Shown: positions 29,648 to 39,844 of the stretch, piece by piece
Numbering within the stretch: the stretch's first letter is position 1
Layout: each line of letters starts with the position of its first letter
Assembly (NCBI GenBank): GCA_016938175.1
Contig: JAFGVE010000017.1
Location: forward strand, 344 to 64,343
From: Campylobacterales bacterium
GTDB lineage: Bacteria; Campylobacterota; Campylobacteria; Campylobacterales; Sulfurimonadaceae
DNA: 64,000 nt
Reading direction: 5' to 3'
Position numbers and translations under genes: made by a program
Notes under the pieces: generated by a model
Seen by the model: the letters and a program-made list of their open reading frames with translations, nothing else
Database searches by the model: none
Told to the model about the DNA's origin: nothing

Positions 29648-31108
29648 CTAACAGTAAATATCCTCTTGTAAATCTCTAAAAAACTTCATTTCGTACTCTC
29701 TTAACACACGAATCATATTTGTATTACCAGCAACACCTATAGGGTCTCCCGCAGTTAAAATGTAAGAATCCTCTAAATCTAATACACCCCTTTGCAGTCC
29801 TTCATTTACAACTTGAGACATAACTTTACCAAGAGAAGCTTTCTCAACCATAAATGCAGGTACAACACCCCAACAAATAGTTAAAAAGCGTGCCACTTTT
29901 TCATCATGTGCAACCGCATAAATATCTTTTTGGGGTCTGTAACGTGAGATTTTTCTTACTGAAGCACCACTTGCTGTTAAACAGATAAGTCCAGTAGCAT
30001 TAACATCTTTAGAGAGTTTTACTGCTGCTGCATTAATGCTGTCTGTCTCATCATATAACTCAAAGGCATTATGTTTGTTGTATGGATAAATCTCTTCAGC
30101 ACCCTGTATTGCACGAACCATAGTCTCTACTGCCAATCTAGGATTATGTCCCACAGCACTCTCTTCTGAGAGCATTACCACATCTGTTCCATCAAGAACG
30201 GCATTTGCAACATCACTTATCTCCGCTCGAGTAGCTCGCTCTTGCGTAGTCATTGAAAGGAGCATCTGTGTTGCGGTAATTACTGGTTTAGATGCTTGGT
30301 TTGCCTTGGATATAATCATTTTTTGAAGAGCAGGCACTTTATAATATGGCACCTCTATACCTAAGTCACCACGCGCTACCATTATTCCATCACTCGCTTC
30401 TAAGATGGCATCTATATTTTCTACCGCATCAAACTTCTCAATCTTTGCAAATAACTGAACTCTACCTTCCAGGCTTTCAACAATTTTACGTGCATTGTAC
30501 ATATCTTCTGCACTTTGTACAAAAGATATAGCCATAAAATCAACACCATTTGCAACACCCCATGCCATATCGTCTCTATCTTTTGGTGTAAGAATCTCTA
30601 TGCCTAAACGTGTACTAGGAAAATTAACACCCTTTCTAGAACTCAAAAGCCCGTCATTAAGAACATGCACAGTAACAGAATGAGCTGTTGTAGCTGTTAC
30701 TTCACATTTTATAGTTCCATCATAGAGATAAATAGACTCTCCTACTTGTAACTGCTTGAGAATTTCAGGCTGATTTATTGAGACTCTATAATGATTACTT
30801 GAGAGTTGCGTTCCTAAAATATCTTCCTGAACAAATTCAATTGTGTCATCACACTTTAACTCAAATATATTCTCTAACTTACCAACTCTAATTTTAGGGC
30901 CACTTATATCTTGTAATACACCGACAAAAAGTCCTGTCTCTTTTTCAGCCCTTCGTATTTTTTGAAGAACTTCATAATGATACTCATGAGAACCATGTGA
31001 AAAGTTCAGACGAAATACATTGACACCAGCTCGCATAAGAGAAATAATATTTTCAATAGAATCAGATGCCGGACCTATAGTTGCTAAGATCTTTGTACGC
31101 TTTTTCAT
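29648..31108 (-). CDS. pyk: pyruvate kinase
   Basis: Contains TKILATIGPAS, FRLNFSHG, MVARGDLGIEV, ATQMLLSM and a C-terminal regulatory domain. Confidence 0.95.
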   Translation of the reverse strand: MKKRTKILATIGPASDSIENIISLMRAGVNVFRLNFSHGSHEYHYEVLQKIRRAEKETGLFVGVLQDISGPKIRVGKLENIFELKCDDTIEFVQEDILGTQLSSNHYRVSINQPEILKQLQVGESIYLYDGTIKCEVTATTAHSVTVHVLNDGLLSSRKGVNFPSTRLGIEILTPKDRDDMAWGVANGVDFMAISFVQSAEDMYNARKIVESLEGRVQLFAKIEKFDAVENIDAILEASDGIMVARGDLGIEVPYYKVPALQKMIISKANQASKPVITATQMLLSMTTQERATRAEISDVANAVLDGTDVVMLSEESAVGHNPRLAVETMVRAIQGAEEIYPYNKHNAFELYDETDSINAAAVKLSKDVNATGLICLTASGASVRKISRYRPQKDIYAVAHDEKVARFLTICWGVVPAFMVEKASLGKVMSQVVNEGLQRGVLDLEDSYILTAGDPIGVAGNTNMIRVLREYEMKFFRDLQEDIYC

Positions 31109-31119
31109 ACGCTATCCTT

Positions 31120-32079
31120 TTAGAGAAGAACTCCATGTTTGGCGTAGTATATCAAAACATATCCACAGACAAGGAACACGTAAGAAGAAATAAATAACAA
31201 TGAAATTTGCATATATTTTCTTTTTTCAACTCTGACAGTTTCTATAATACTCACTAAAATGCCAAAAAACGTTCCCAAAAATAAAAGTGTATAGAGCAAA
31301 TACCCTATGTAGTGGTACTCCTGTGCAAGCAGACAAAATGGGCAGTGATGTGTTGGCAATTCGTAAATATATGTACCAAAAGAGCCTATTAAAGTAATGA
31401 GAGCAATGGATAAAAAGAGAAAAGATGCTATAGCGTATAACTTACTATCCTGCCTAAAATAGCTAAGGACTAAAGAGAGATAAGAAAGAATCAAAAAAGA
31501 TGCTTGTACTCTAAATGGCGAACTTAAAAGAGATGCCATATAACTCCCATCACTACTCGAAAAAACCACACCACAACAATCAACTATGGAGTCTATTTTT
31601 ATTGAGAGAAACATAGTTATTTCTAAAATAATTTCTATTAAAAGCAAAATAAAAAAAGGAAGAAGAAGTTTATATTTAAAAGGGGTATATGGAAGATGTT
31701 CATCTTTCATATCTTTGGCATTTATGACAAGCCAAAACGCGAATAAAAAAAGATTTAAAAGCTTCAATATAAGCAAATAAGGACCATAAACTGTAGCGTT
31801 TACAACTCCTGTCGCACACATTGCCCCAGGTAAAATCAATGCTATCTTTTCCAAAGAAAAAATAAAAAATAAAAAAAGAGGTATTTTAATAGCAAAAAGA
31901 TACTTTGTAACAGTCATCGCTAGGTAACTCTGTTTCTCTAACATATACTGCTGTGAAGTTGTCGAATTCTTCTCATAAAATAGAGAAACTTTTGATGCAA
32001 TAACAAAAGCCAAAGATGCAAAAAGGAGAAAAAAACCGTTAAGTACAAAAAGAGTAATAACTTCAGGAGTCAAAATCAA
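31120..32079 (-). CDS. polytopic membrane protein with conserved cysteine motifs (unknown family)
   Basis: About 9 hydrophobic segments. Cys motifs GAMCATG, VDCCGVVF and THHCPFCLL. TTG start overlaps the stop of the upstream ABC ATPase gene by 17 nt. Confidence 0.7.
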   Translation of the reverse strand: MILTPEVITLFVLNGFFLLFASLAFVIASKVSLFYEKNSTTSQQYMLEKQSYLAMTVTKYLFAIKIPLFLFFIFSLEKIALILPGAMCATGVVNATVYGPYLLILKLLNLFLFAFWLVINAKDMKDEHLPYTPFKYKLLLPFFILLLIEIILEITMFLSIKIDSIVDCCGVVFSSSDGSYMASLLSSPFRVQASFLILSYLSLVLSYFRQDSKLYAIASFLFLSIALITLIGSFGTYIYELPTHHCPFCLLAQEYHYIGYLLYTLLFLGTFFGILVSIIETVRVEKRKYMQISLLFISSYVFLVCGYVLIYYAKHGVLL

Positions 32080-32704
32080 TTATCCTATCAACAAAATCAA
32101 GTTCAAAAAAGAGTGGATCATGCGTCGCTACGATAATAGTTTTATTTTTTGACTTCATCTTCTCTAACATCTCTATAAAATTTTTAGAAAGTACCTCATC
32201 TAAGTTTGCAGTTGGTTCATCTGCAAGAATAATTTTAGGGTCTGCGATATGTGCACGTGCTATAGCTGTTCTTTGTTGTTCACCGCCAGAGAGGTACTTT
32301 ATAAGTTCATCTGCCTTATGCGAAATATTAAAAGTATGCATCTGTTCTGCTACTCTTTTTTCCAATAACTCCTCGGAAAGGTTAAGTGGTACTAATGGCA
32401 GTAATATATTCTCTTTAACACTCAGAGTTTCGATAAGATTATATTTTTGAAATATCATTCCAATATTATCACGTCTATAGCTACTACAAAAATGCTCTGG
32501 CAATTTTGAAATATGCTTGCCATCAACAATTATCTCACCACTCGTAGGTTTTGCAAGACCTGCAATAAGTGATAGTAGTGTACTCTTACCACTCCCACTT
32601 TTACCCTTTATAACAATCAACTCCCCCTCATCAAACCTAAGAGAGAGCTCTTTTAAAACCTGTTGAGCATCAAAACTTTTTGTGACATTTATTAGCTCTA
32701 TCAT
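32063..32704 (-). CDS. ABC transporter ATP-binding protein (MacB/LolD-like)
   Basis: Walker A GKSGSGKST, signature LSGGEQQR, Walker B ILADEPT. Its ATG overlaps the permease stop (ATGA). Confidence 0.9.
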   Translation of the reverse strand: MIELINVTKSFDAQQVLKELSLRFDEGELIVIKGKSGSGKSTLLSLIAGLAKPTSGEIIVDGKHISKLPEHFCSSYRRDNIGMIFQKYNLIETLSVKENILLPLVPLNLSEELLEKRVAEQMHTFNISHKADELIKYLSGGEQQRTAIARAHIADPKIILADEPTANLDEVLSKNFIEMLEKMKSKNKTIIVATHDPLFFELDFVDRIIDFDS

Positions 32705-33864
32705 CGTATTACCTCATCAGCATCAACTATAGCAATTCTCCACGCAGGAATAAGCGTTGCCAAAGTATAAACAGGAACTATAAGGACAAAGAGTAAAAAA
32801 AGTGTATCGATATCCAGCACAAATATGAGTTCAAAAGAGGGTTTTAAAGTAGTATACCCTATAAAAATATCTTGTATAATCGGTGCATCGAAAAAGTACA
32901 CAAAAGCTAATGCGAGAACAAGTCCTAGTAAAAAAGCATTAAACGAAATAAGAAGTGCCTCATAAAGTTTTGCTTTGAGAATATCTTCAACTCTCCAACC
33001 TATTGCTTTTAAAATTCCTATCTCACGTTTATCCGCACTACTGATAGCACTGAGTTTGTCATACACAATTACAAAAAATGTAAAGAGTACAATAGTAAAA
33101 AGAGCTAAAAAAAGTCCATTTTTATAATTAAAAATATTTTCGTAAAAGACTTTTACATCATCTTTAACAACAACTCGCATATTTGGAAACTCTTGCTGTA
33201 GTTTAAGTGCTAACATCGGTGTTTCTGTCTTATTTGCAACGTCTATGGCTATGTCTGTTGCTTCATGCTCTGTATAGCCAAATATATCTCGTAGTTCATT
33301 TTTAGGCATAACCATCATCTCATTTGACTCTAGTGATATTGCAGATGTAAATGTTCCTGCTATGTTTATCCGTTTTTTTGTGCCATCAGACTTAATAAAG
33401 TTAAAATAATCACTATAGTAATTTCTCGCTAGTAAAGCTTTTACACCTTCTCCTACAAACATAGAATTTACAGGGACCTCATTCTCATTTACAAGCCTTA
33501 CGAGAGAGTCTCTTTCTTGCGGTTCAAAAATATCTACCCCAACTAAAGAGAGATAGAGTGACTCTGCATCAAAATAGTAATATCCCCAAACTCTCCCTTT
33601 TACACTTTTTACACCTGGGATTTCTAAGATATGCTCACTTACACGTTCATCAACTGTGCTACGCATTCCCCCTTTAGTATTTTGCAGGACAATATCTGGC
33701 AAAGCATCTACACCCAAAGAGAGTTCATACTTCATCGAGTTAGTTATAAAAAAAATGGAAGCTAAAAGCCATGTTATAAGTGTAAGTACAATAAAAAGAA
33801 AAGTATTTTTAAACGCGTGACGCTCTATATAACGAATAACATACTTAAGTAATTGTAAATTCAT
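32701..33864 (-). CDS. ABC transporter permease, FtsX/MacB-type
   Basis: N-terminal TM, a large extracytoplasmic domain, and a C-terminal FtsX-like 3-TM bundle (REIGILKAIGW). Confidence 0.85.
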   Translation of the reverse strand: MNLQLLKYVIRYIERHAFKNTFLFIVLTLITWLLASIFFITNSMKYELSLGVDALPDIVLQNTKGGMRSTVDERVSEHILEIPGVKSVKGRVWGYYYFDAESLYLSLVGVDIFEPQERDSLVRLVNENEVPVNSMFVGEGVKALLARNYYSDYFNFIKSDGTKKRINIAGTFTSAISLESNEMMVMPKNELRDIFGYTEHEATDIAIDVANKTETPMLALKLQQEFPNMRVVVKDDVKVFYENIFNYKNGLFLALFTIVLFTFFVIVYDKLSAISSADKREIGILKAIGWRVEDILKAKLYEALLISFNAFLLGLVLALAFVYFFDAPIIQDIFIGYTTLKPSFELIFVLDIDTLFLLFVLIVPVYTLATLIPAWRIAIVDADEVIR

Positions 33865-34148
33865 AAATGTATACTCGGAATCGAAATAATAAAACTCTTT
33901 TTTTCATACTCTCTAAGAGTTGCATCAAGAGGATATATATCAAAAACAGAATCCAAGGCATCTAGCCTAGAGTTTCCACTCTCTGAACTTACAAAACCAC
34001 TCATCCCCACATAAGTGTTAAAGCTGCGTTTGCTCTTTATCATCTCTTCTTGCTTCATTTGATTTATGCTTGAGAGATAAAAAAACTGAGTACTCAAAAA
34101 GCCAAGCAATATAAAAGTACTTAAAAATACAGCGTATACTTTACTCAT
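33861..34148 (-). CDS. small membrane-anchored protein, unknown function
   Basis: Single N-terminal TM (VYAVFLSTFILLGFLSTQFF). Both ends overlap neighbouring genes, indicating translational coupling. Confidence 0.6.
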   Translation of the reverse strand: MSKVYAVFLSTFILLGFLSTQFFYLSSINQMKQEEMIKSKRSFNTYVGMSGFVSSESGNSRLDALDSVFDIYPLDATLREYEKKSFIISIPSIHL

Positions 34149-34803
34149 CAAGATTATAAACCTTTTGAACAGTTATTTCATCAAAACTTAGTATCTCTTT
34201 TCCTCGATGATCAAGAAGAAAGGTTTGTGCATTTTTTTTAGATTTAAAAGCTATAAGTTCATTTCCCATAGGTCCATATACATCGCTTCCTAAAACATAA
34301 AATCCTTTTTGTGCTTCTAGTGTATCTCCGCTGTAGTAGTCTTGAACAAGTATCTTCTGGATATTTTCTTGATGTTCAAAATAGTACTTGAACATATCTT
34401 TTATACCATCAAAGGCAAAACTCTCATCTTCATAATTTATGCGACATATCCACTCCGGATATTTATAGAGAAACATACCGCATACTGGGCACTTTTCATC
34501 TTTAGTCACACTCAGTTTTGGATATTTTTTTATCTCTAATTCATTACGTTTAACATCCCATAAATAAAGGCTTAATGCCTCAAGATGTTTTTCTGAGAGT
34601 TGTCCGCATAACTCTGTGTCATGAAGTTCACTATAAAGAGATTCATAGCTTGAAAAATTTTCTACGCTTAAATCTTTACATTTTTTTGTAAATATTTTTT
34701 GACCCATAGGATAGTAGGATTTTTCTTTTACATTTTGAGATATTTGAGGGTATGCAAAGAGTAAAGTAGTTGTACAAAAAAGAAAAAAAAGTCTCAAAAA
34801 CAA
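34141..34803 (-). CDS. NosL family protein (exported metallochaperone-like)
   Basis: Signal peptide, then CPVCGMFLYKYPEW...FAFDGIKDMFKYY and GPMGNELIAFKSKKNAQTFL, matching the NosL-domain pattern. TTG start. Confidence 0.7.
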   Translation of the reverse strand: MFLRLFFLFCTTTLLFAYPQISQNVKEKSYYPMGQKIFTKKCKDLSVENFSSYESLYSELHDTELCGQLSEKHLEALSLYLWDVKRNELEIKKYPKLSVTKDEKCPVCGMFLYKYPEWICRINYEDESFAFDGIKDMFKYYFEHQENIQKILVQDYYSGDTLEAQKGFYVLGSDVYGPMGNELIAFKSKKNAQTFLLDHRGKEILSFDEITVQKVYNLDE

Positions 34804-34860
34804 GGCTACAACCTTTTACAAATGTAAAGATTATAGTAGCTAAATAGTGTTAAAAAAGTG

Positions 34861-35340
34861 TTAAGCTATACGAAGAAGCATAAGTCTACGGACAAATAAG
34901 ATTAATAAACCAAGTGCCAAGAGTTTAAAATCTATCTCGCTTGCTATGTGAATATTTGAAAATGTGTCACTTTGTGTCGCTTCAACTCCAATAGCTTGCA
35001 TTTCAAGAATTTTTGGTGCATATACTGCACTAAACATAAAAGAGGTAAAAATAACACTTACAGCGGCACCAAAAGCGATAGCATCACGCTCACCACTCTT
35101 ATAACGCATAGCTTCATATAAAATGACATACACTGCTACAAAATATACCCAGTATGAAAATCTATGAAAAATTTCACCCATTATAATGCCTGCATTATAA
35201 TTATCTAAAAGCAAATCAACTAAAATTTTATCTGTATGAAAAACAACAGGTGCAACTATAGCACCAAGCACTAAAACAGCACCTAGTGTTGCGGCTAAAA
35301 TTATAAAGTAAGTAAAATCTATATATATGTTTCTTTTCAC
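34861..35340 (-). CDS. DUF4149-like four-TM membrane protein
   Basis: Four hydrophobic segments. The family name comes from memory of the TMEM205-like pattern. Confidence 0.6.
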   Translation of the reverse strand: MKRNIYIDFTYFIILAATLGAVLVLGAIVAPVVFHTDKILVDLLLDNYNAGIIMGEIFHRFSYWVYFVAVYVILYEAMRYKSGERDAIAFGAAVSVIFTSFMFSAVYAPKILEMQAIGVEATQSDTFSNIHIASEIDFKLLALGLLILFVRRLMLLRIA

Positions 35341-36182
35341 TGCTGTACCTTTAGTGTGAATCCTCTGTCAAATCCACTTAAATCTTCGTAAAATTTTAGA
35401 GATGAGTAGGTCTTATTTTGTAAGTAATTTTGTATTTTATCTTTTTGGTCATAACCCATCTCACAACTAAAAAATCTAATCTTTCTCTTTAAGACTTCAT
35501 CAAGAAGTTCTTGAATAATCTCATCACCGATTTCTCCTCCAAAAAGAGCATTTTGTGGTTCATATGAGAGATTTTTTTCTAAGAGTGCATCGTTTGCAAT
35601 ATAAGGAGGATTGGAAACAAGATAATCTATATGCTCTGAAACAGGTTCTAAAAGCGAACCTAAACGTAACTCCACCCTACTCTCTAAGTTAAACTTTTTT
35701 AAATTAACAGCAGCAATTTCAAGTGCCGCTTGCGAGATATCAACAGCAATAAACTTCGCGTTTGGAAAGTGTAAAGCAAGCATTATAGAGATAATCCCAC
35801 TTCCAACTCCTACTTCGGCAAATGTAAGTGCTTTTTGATTATCTTCTATAGCATTTATGACTTCATCTATTAAAAGTTCTGTTTCGGGTCTGGGGATGAG
35901 TGCGCCTTCTTTAATGAAAAACTCTTCACTATAAAAACTGACACTGTTGACAATGTACTCAAGAGGCTCTTGCTCTACTCTACGTTTAGCCCAGGCAAAA
36001 ACACGTGAAGTATCCTCTATTTGATATGCTCCGTTAGTTATAAGCCATAACTCATCTTTTTGTAAATCTGCCATGAGAAGTAGTTGCGCTTCACGAGAAG
36101 CCCTTGGAATATGCGGCTGCAAAATTGCAGTAAGCTCTTTTAAAAGCTCCTTAACGCTATAGTTTTTCAACATCAACGCCAA
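35337..36182 (-). CDS. prmC: peptide chain release factor N5-glutamine methyltransferase
   Basis: SAM-binding motif EVGVGSGIISI and catalytic NPPY (VSNPPYI). Confidence 0.9.
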   Translation of the reverse strand: MALMLKNYSVKELLKELTAILQPHIPRASREAQLLLMADLQKDELWLITNGAYQIEDTSRVFAWAKRRVEQEPLEYIVNSVSFYSEEFFIKEGALIPRPETELLIDEVINAIEDNQKALTFAEVGVGSGIISIMLALHFPNAKFIAVDISQAALEIAAVNLKKFNLESRVELRLGSLLEPVSEHIDYLVSNPPYIANDALLEKNLSYEPQNALFGGEIGDEIIQELLDEVLKRKIRFFSCEMGYDQKDKIQNYLQNKTYSSLKFYEDLSGFDRGFTLKVQQ

Positions 36183-37374
36183 GTGCTTTTAAACGTTCTA
36201 AAACTGGTGGATGCGTGTAATGAAAGAATATATAAAGAGGATGAGAGAGAGGAAAACTCTTATTTTCGCTGACAAGTTTACGTAATGCACTTGCTAACTC
36301 AACTGCACCTGCTGGTCCACCAAGTTCACTTCCCATTTTATCTGCTTCATACTCATTATGACGACTAATTAATCCCATAATCGGCATCATCAAAAAACCT
36401 AAAACAGGCATAAAAAGCATGAGTAAAATCATTACAACGTATGGTTGTTCACTCAATCCCATCTCTAAATATAGTGATTCTGGAAGATTTCCAAAAACAG
36501 CAAACATAACAAAAAGCATACTGCCAACAACAGCTATATTTTTATAAATATCACCATGTGCAAAATGCCCAAGTTCATGTCCTAAAACAGCTAAAAGCTC
36601 TTTTGTCGAAAGTTTTTCTATGAGAGTATCAAAAAGGACAACTCTTTTTGCCTTACCAAATCCTCCAAAATAAGCATTTAGACGTGCATCACGTTTACTT
36701 GCGTCACTGACAAAAATACCAGAACTGACAAAACCAGTTTTATCCATAAGTTCCTTAATACTTGCATCTAGCTCTTTATTTTGTAAAGGAGTTAATTTAT
36801 CAAAGAAAAGTGCTCTAAAAGTAGAATAAAGCATATTAATCACCACTAAAACTGCAAAAACAAATAAAAAACTCCAAAGCCACCAAAGGGTAAAGTTACT
36901 CATGATCATATAAATACCCCATACAACTGCTGAGCCAAAAAGAAGTGTTGTTACAAAAGAGATAAAACTATCTTTTAACCACTGCTCTTTTGAAGACTTA
37001 TTAAATCCATACAGAGTATCTAAAGAGAACTTCTCATAGTAAGAAAAAACAAATGAAACGATAGAGTTAATGACAATAAACCCCATAACAATAGCGACAT
37101 TGAGTAAAACTTCGTTTTCAAAAAATATATTTGCTTGAAGTGCCTGAATTCCAAAACCCATCCACCCAATAAAAAACAGATACTCAACAAAAGCAGACGC
37201 AATACTCATCTTCTCTTTTGCAATACTGTAGTTTGCAGCTTTTAAAAACTCACTCTGTTCTAAAAGTACAGCAGGTTTGTTTTTTACTTCATTGATATAA
37301 CCTATCTGCATAATGCTCGTATAGACCATAAGAAGAAGATAAAGGGTATAAATACCCATAATTGTCATTAACAT
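36157..37374 (-). CDS. M48 family zinc metalloprotease (Ste24/HtpX-like)
   Basis: Multi-TM N-terminus, HELGHF zinc motif, downstream NEYEADK. Confidence 0.85.
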   Translation of the reverse strand: MLMTIMGIYTLYLLLMVYTSIMQIGYINEVKNKPAVLLEQSEFLKAANYSIAKEKMSIASAFVEYLFFIGWMGFGIQALQANIFFENEVLLNVAIVMGFIVINSIVSFVFSYYEKFSLDTLYGFNKSSKEQWLKDSFISFVTTLLFGSAVVWGIYMIMSNFTLWWLWSFLFVFAVLVVINMLYSTFRALFFDKLTPLQNKELDASIKELMDKTGFVSSGIFVSDASKRDARLNAYFGGFGKAKRVVLFDTLIEKLSTKELLAVLGHELGHFAHGDIYKNIAVVGSMLFVMFAVFGNLPESLYLEMGLSEQPYVVMILLMLFMPVLGFLMMPIMGLISRHNEYEADKMGSELGGPAGAVELASALRKLVSENKSFPLSHPLYIFFHYTHPPVLERLKALGVDVEKL

Positions 37375-37383
37375 CTCTACCCT

Positions 37384-37575
37384 CTATTTTACAGGTACAC
37401 TTTTAATTGTGTCTTGAGTAGGAATTGAGTCACTCGGAGTTGCATATGCCTTGCTTGCTACAACGTAAATAGTTCCAATAATTAATCCCGCTAAAATAAC
37501 GGCTAAAACAACCTTTTTCTTTTCACCTTTTAAAGTATTATAATCTTCTATATTTTCTAAAGTTGGTTCACTCAT
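37384..37575 (-). CDS. small single-TM protein
   Basis: 63 aa with one TM (VVLAVILAGLIIGTIYVVA), placed 9 nt upstream of the M48 protease gene. Confidence 0.5.
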   Translation of the reverse strand: MSEPTLENIEDYNTLKGEKKKVVLAVILAGLIIGTIYVVASKAYATPSDSIPTQDTIKSVPVK

Positions 37576-37736
37576 TTAAAAATCCTTTTGTAATATGAAA
37601 TCATGTTGATTATAACCAAAAAAAGATACAAAAAATTAATGTACTTCAAAGTAGTTACATCGCTTAAGTCGTCTTTTTATTTTATTTTTTCGGCACCCTA
37701 CTCTGATATAATTAGATAAAAATTAGGAGTATGTAT

Positions 37737-38147
37737 ATGTTTGAAAAAACTATTTTCCCTCTACTTTTTGCCAGTTCCCTTTTTGCGATAGATGGCTATG
37801 AAGTCTACAAAAAAAACTGTATGCAATGCCATGTTGAAATGATGTCAAAAGAGTATGCTTTACAAAACTTTAAAAAGCTCAAAGCACCTCCAATGGTGGA
37901 AGTTTCCTCACGTTTAAAACAAAATATTAAAACTACAGATGATGAAGAGGATGTAAACAGATACCTTTTTATACTTTTTGTAAAAGATTATATAGTCAAT
38001 CCAAATTTAGACAACAGTATGTGTAATACAGGGGCAATTGAGAGCTTTGGTGTCATGCCTTCACTCAAAGGAAAAGTGAGCGAAGAAGAGAGACAAGCTG
38101 TTGCAGAGTGGCTTTATGATAGGTATGAAAATATATCTTTTGAGTAA
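37737..38147 (+). CDS. monohaem c-type cytochrome (periplasmic)
   Basis: Signal peptide and a single CMQCH haem-binding motif. ATG 37737 has AGGAG 7 nt upstream; the ATG at 37731 is too close to the SD. Confidence 0.7.
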   Translation: MFEKTIFPLLFASSLFAIDGYEVYKKNCMQCHVEMMSKEYALQNFKKLKAPPMVEVSSRLKQNIKTTDDEEDVNRYLFILFVKDYIVNPNLDNSMCNTGAIESFGVMPSLKGKVSEEERQAVAEWLYDRYENISFE

Positions 38148-38149
38148 AA

Positions 38150-38443
38150 CTACTCTAAGGTATAATCAACAACTTTTGACTCAAGAGCGACACTCTTTAT
38201 AAACGCAACAACTTCTAGATGTGCAGGGTGCGTAGCGTATGTACTTAAATCCTCTTTTGTAGCAAATTTTGAGTACAAAGAGAGATCCATAGCACGTTCA
38301 GCTGTATCGAAATTGATACCGACTTCCATTGAGATTAAAACTTCTATCTTCTCTACAAGTCCTAAAAGCATCTCTTTGGCTTGAGCGATATTTTCTTCTT
38401 TGTTTTCCTCTTTAAAGGTAAACATAACTATGTGTACTATCAT
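38150..38443 (-). CDS. Dabb (stress-responsive alpha/beta barrel) family protein
   Basis: 97 aa: MIVHIVMFTFKE...HPAHLEV, typical of Dabb domains. Confidence 0.8.
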   Translation of the reverse strand: MIVHIVMFTFKEENKEENIAQAKEMLLGLVEKIEVLISMEVGINFDTAERAMDLSLYSKFATKEDLSTYATHPAHLEVVAFIKSVALESKVVDYTLE

Positions 38444-38482
38444 TTATAATCCTTAAAAAATTTCAAAAGTCTAACGAAAAAT

Positions 38483-39844
38483 TTATAAAAGTATATTTTT
38501 CCAAAAAAACTCAGCAATGAGAGCTATCAGTGCAATTCCTACAAGATTTAAAATAACTCCGTAACGTATCATCGATTTTACATCAACTACTCCACTACTC
38601 ATAGCTATTGCGTTTGGAGGTGTAGCTATTGGCAGCATGAAAGCATAACTTGCACAGAGTGTTGCCACCATCATAAAAAGTGTTGTATTTATACCTGTTT
38701 GTTCTGAGACAGAATAAATCACAGGAAGCATTATAGAGATAAGTGCTGTATTGGATGTCACCTCTGTTGTAAATGTGATAAGTGCAGCAATTGCCAAAAG
38801 TAAAAATATCGGCTGAAGTTGCGTCATACTGATAAGATAAGACGCCACTTCATCTGCTAATCCAGTTTGCATAAATGCACTCGCTATAGAAAACCCAGCT
38901 CCAAAGAGAAACATAATTCTATAAGGAATATTATCCTTATCTTCCATCCACTCCAATATATTAAAAGGAGATACAAAAAGAAGCAATCCTGTTCCCAGTA
39001 AAATTCCGCTTTCATTAAGCCCTAATCCATCCCAATAGGGACGTATAGGAGCATTTACAAGAAGTAGAGCAATCAGTCCTCCAAGTACAAATAAAACTTT
39101 TTTTTGCTCTTTATTAAGGAGATGAGTCTCTTTACTTCTCTCTATCGTGCTGCTATGTACACCTATACCCAAAATAGTACTCACAGCAAAAAGCATTATA
39201 AGTGTAAGCGGTGCAACCATCCACATCCATTGAAAAAATGGTATTAGCTCCATTCCCTTCTCTTGCATTAATCCAAGTAAAATTAAATTTGGAGGTGTGC
39301 CTATGGGTGTTAATATACCCCCGACACTTGCACCATAAGCAATAGCTAAAGCAAAACGCAACTTTAACGCAACTTCATTGGTAATAAAAAGAGCTATGGA
39401 CATTAAAAGCAAGGTAGTTGTTGTATTGGATAAAATTGAGCTCAAAAGTGAGGAAGTCAGTGCCAGTGAAAAAATCATAGCTCTTGGCGTAGAGGGGAAA
39501 AAGTTTAATATTTTATCTGCTATCCATAAATGCAGTCTACTCTTCTCAACCGCTATTGCAATTAAAAAGCCACCTAAAAACAAAAAAACAATTGGATTAG
39601 CATAATTTATTGCTGTCGCTTTTGTATTGAGCACGCCAAATGTAGGAAACAATACAATTGGCATAAGAGAAACTACAGCGAGAGGTAAGCCCTCATTTGT
39701 CCAAAGAGTCACCAAAAACGCAATAATTCCAACTAAAGAAGCTTGTGTGGCATTCAGAAAAGGTAAAGAGAGTAAAGATATTAGGAGAGCTATAAAAACA
39801 GCAAGTGCAATTTTTTTTAACTGTGAAATATCTAAACTACTCAT
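38483..39844 (-). CDS. SLC13/DASS family anion:sodium symporter
   Basis: Polytopic protein with duplicated hairpin motifs GTPPNLI and ATPPNAI. Confidence 0.8.
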   Translation of the reverse strand: MSSLDISQLKKIALAVFIALLISLLSLPFLNATQASLVGIIAFLVTLWTNEGLPLAVVSLMPIVLFPTFGVLNTKATAINYANPIVFLFLGGFLIAIAVEKSRLHLWIADKILNFFPSTPRAMIFSLALTSSLLSSILSNTTTTLLLMSIALFITNEVALKLRFALAIAYGASVGGILTPIGTPPNLILLGLMQEKGMELIPFFQWMWMVAPLTLIMLFAVSTILGIGVHSSTIERSKETHLLNKEQKKVLFVLGGLIALLLVNAPIRPYWDGLGLNESGILLGTGLLLFVSPFNILEWMEDKDNIPYRIMFLFGAGFSIASAFMQTGLADEVASYLISMTQLQPIFLLLAIAALITFTTEVTSNTALISIMLPVIYSVSEQTGINTTLFMMVATLCASYAFMLPIATPPNAIAMSSGVVDVKSMIRYGVILNLVGIALIALIAEFFWKNILL

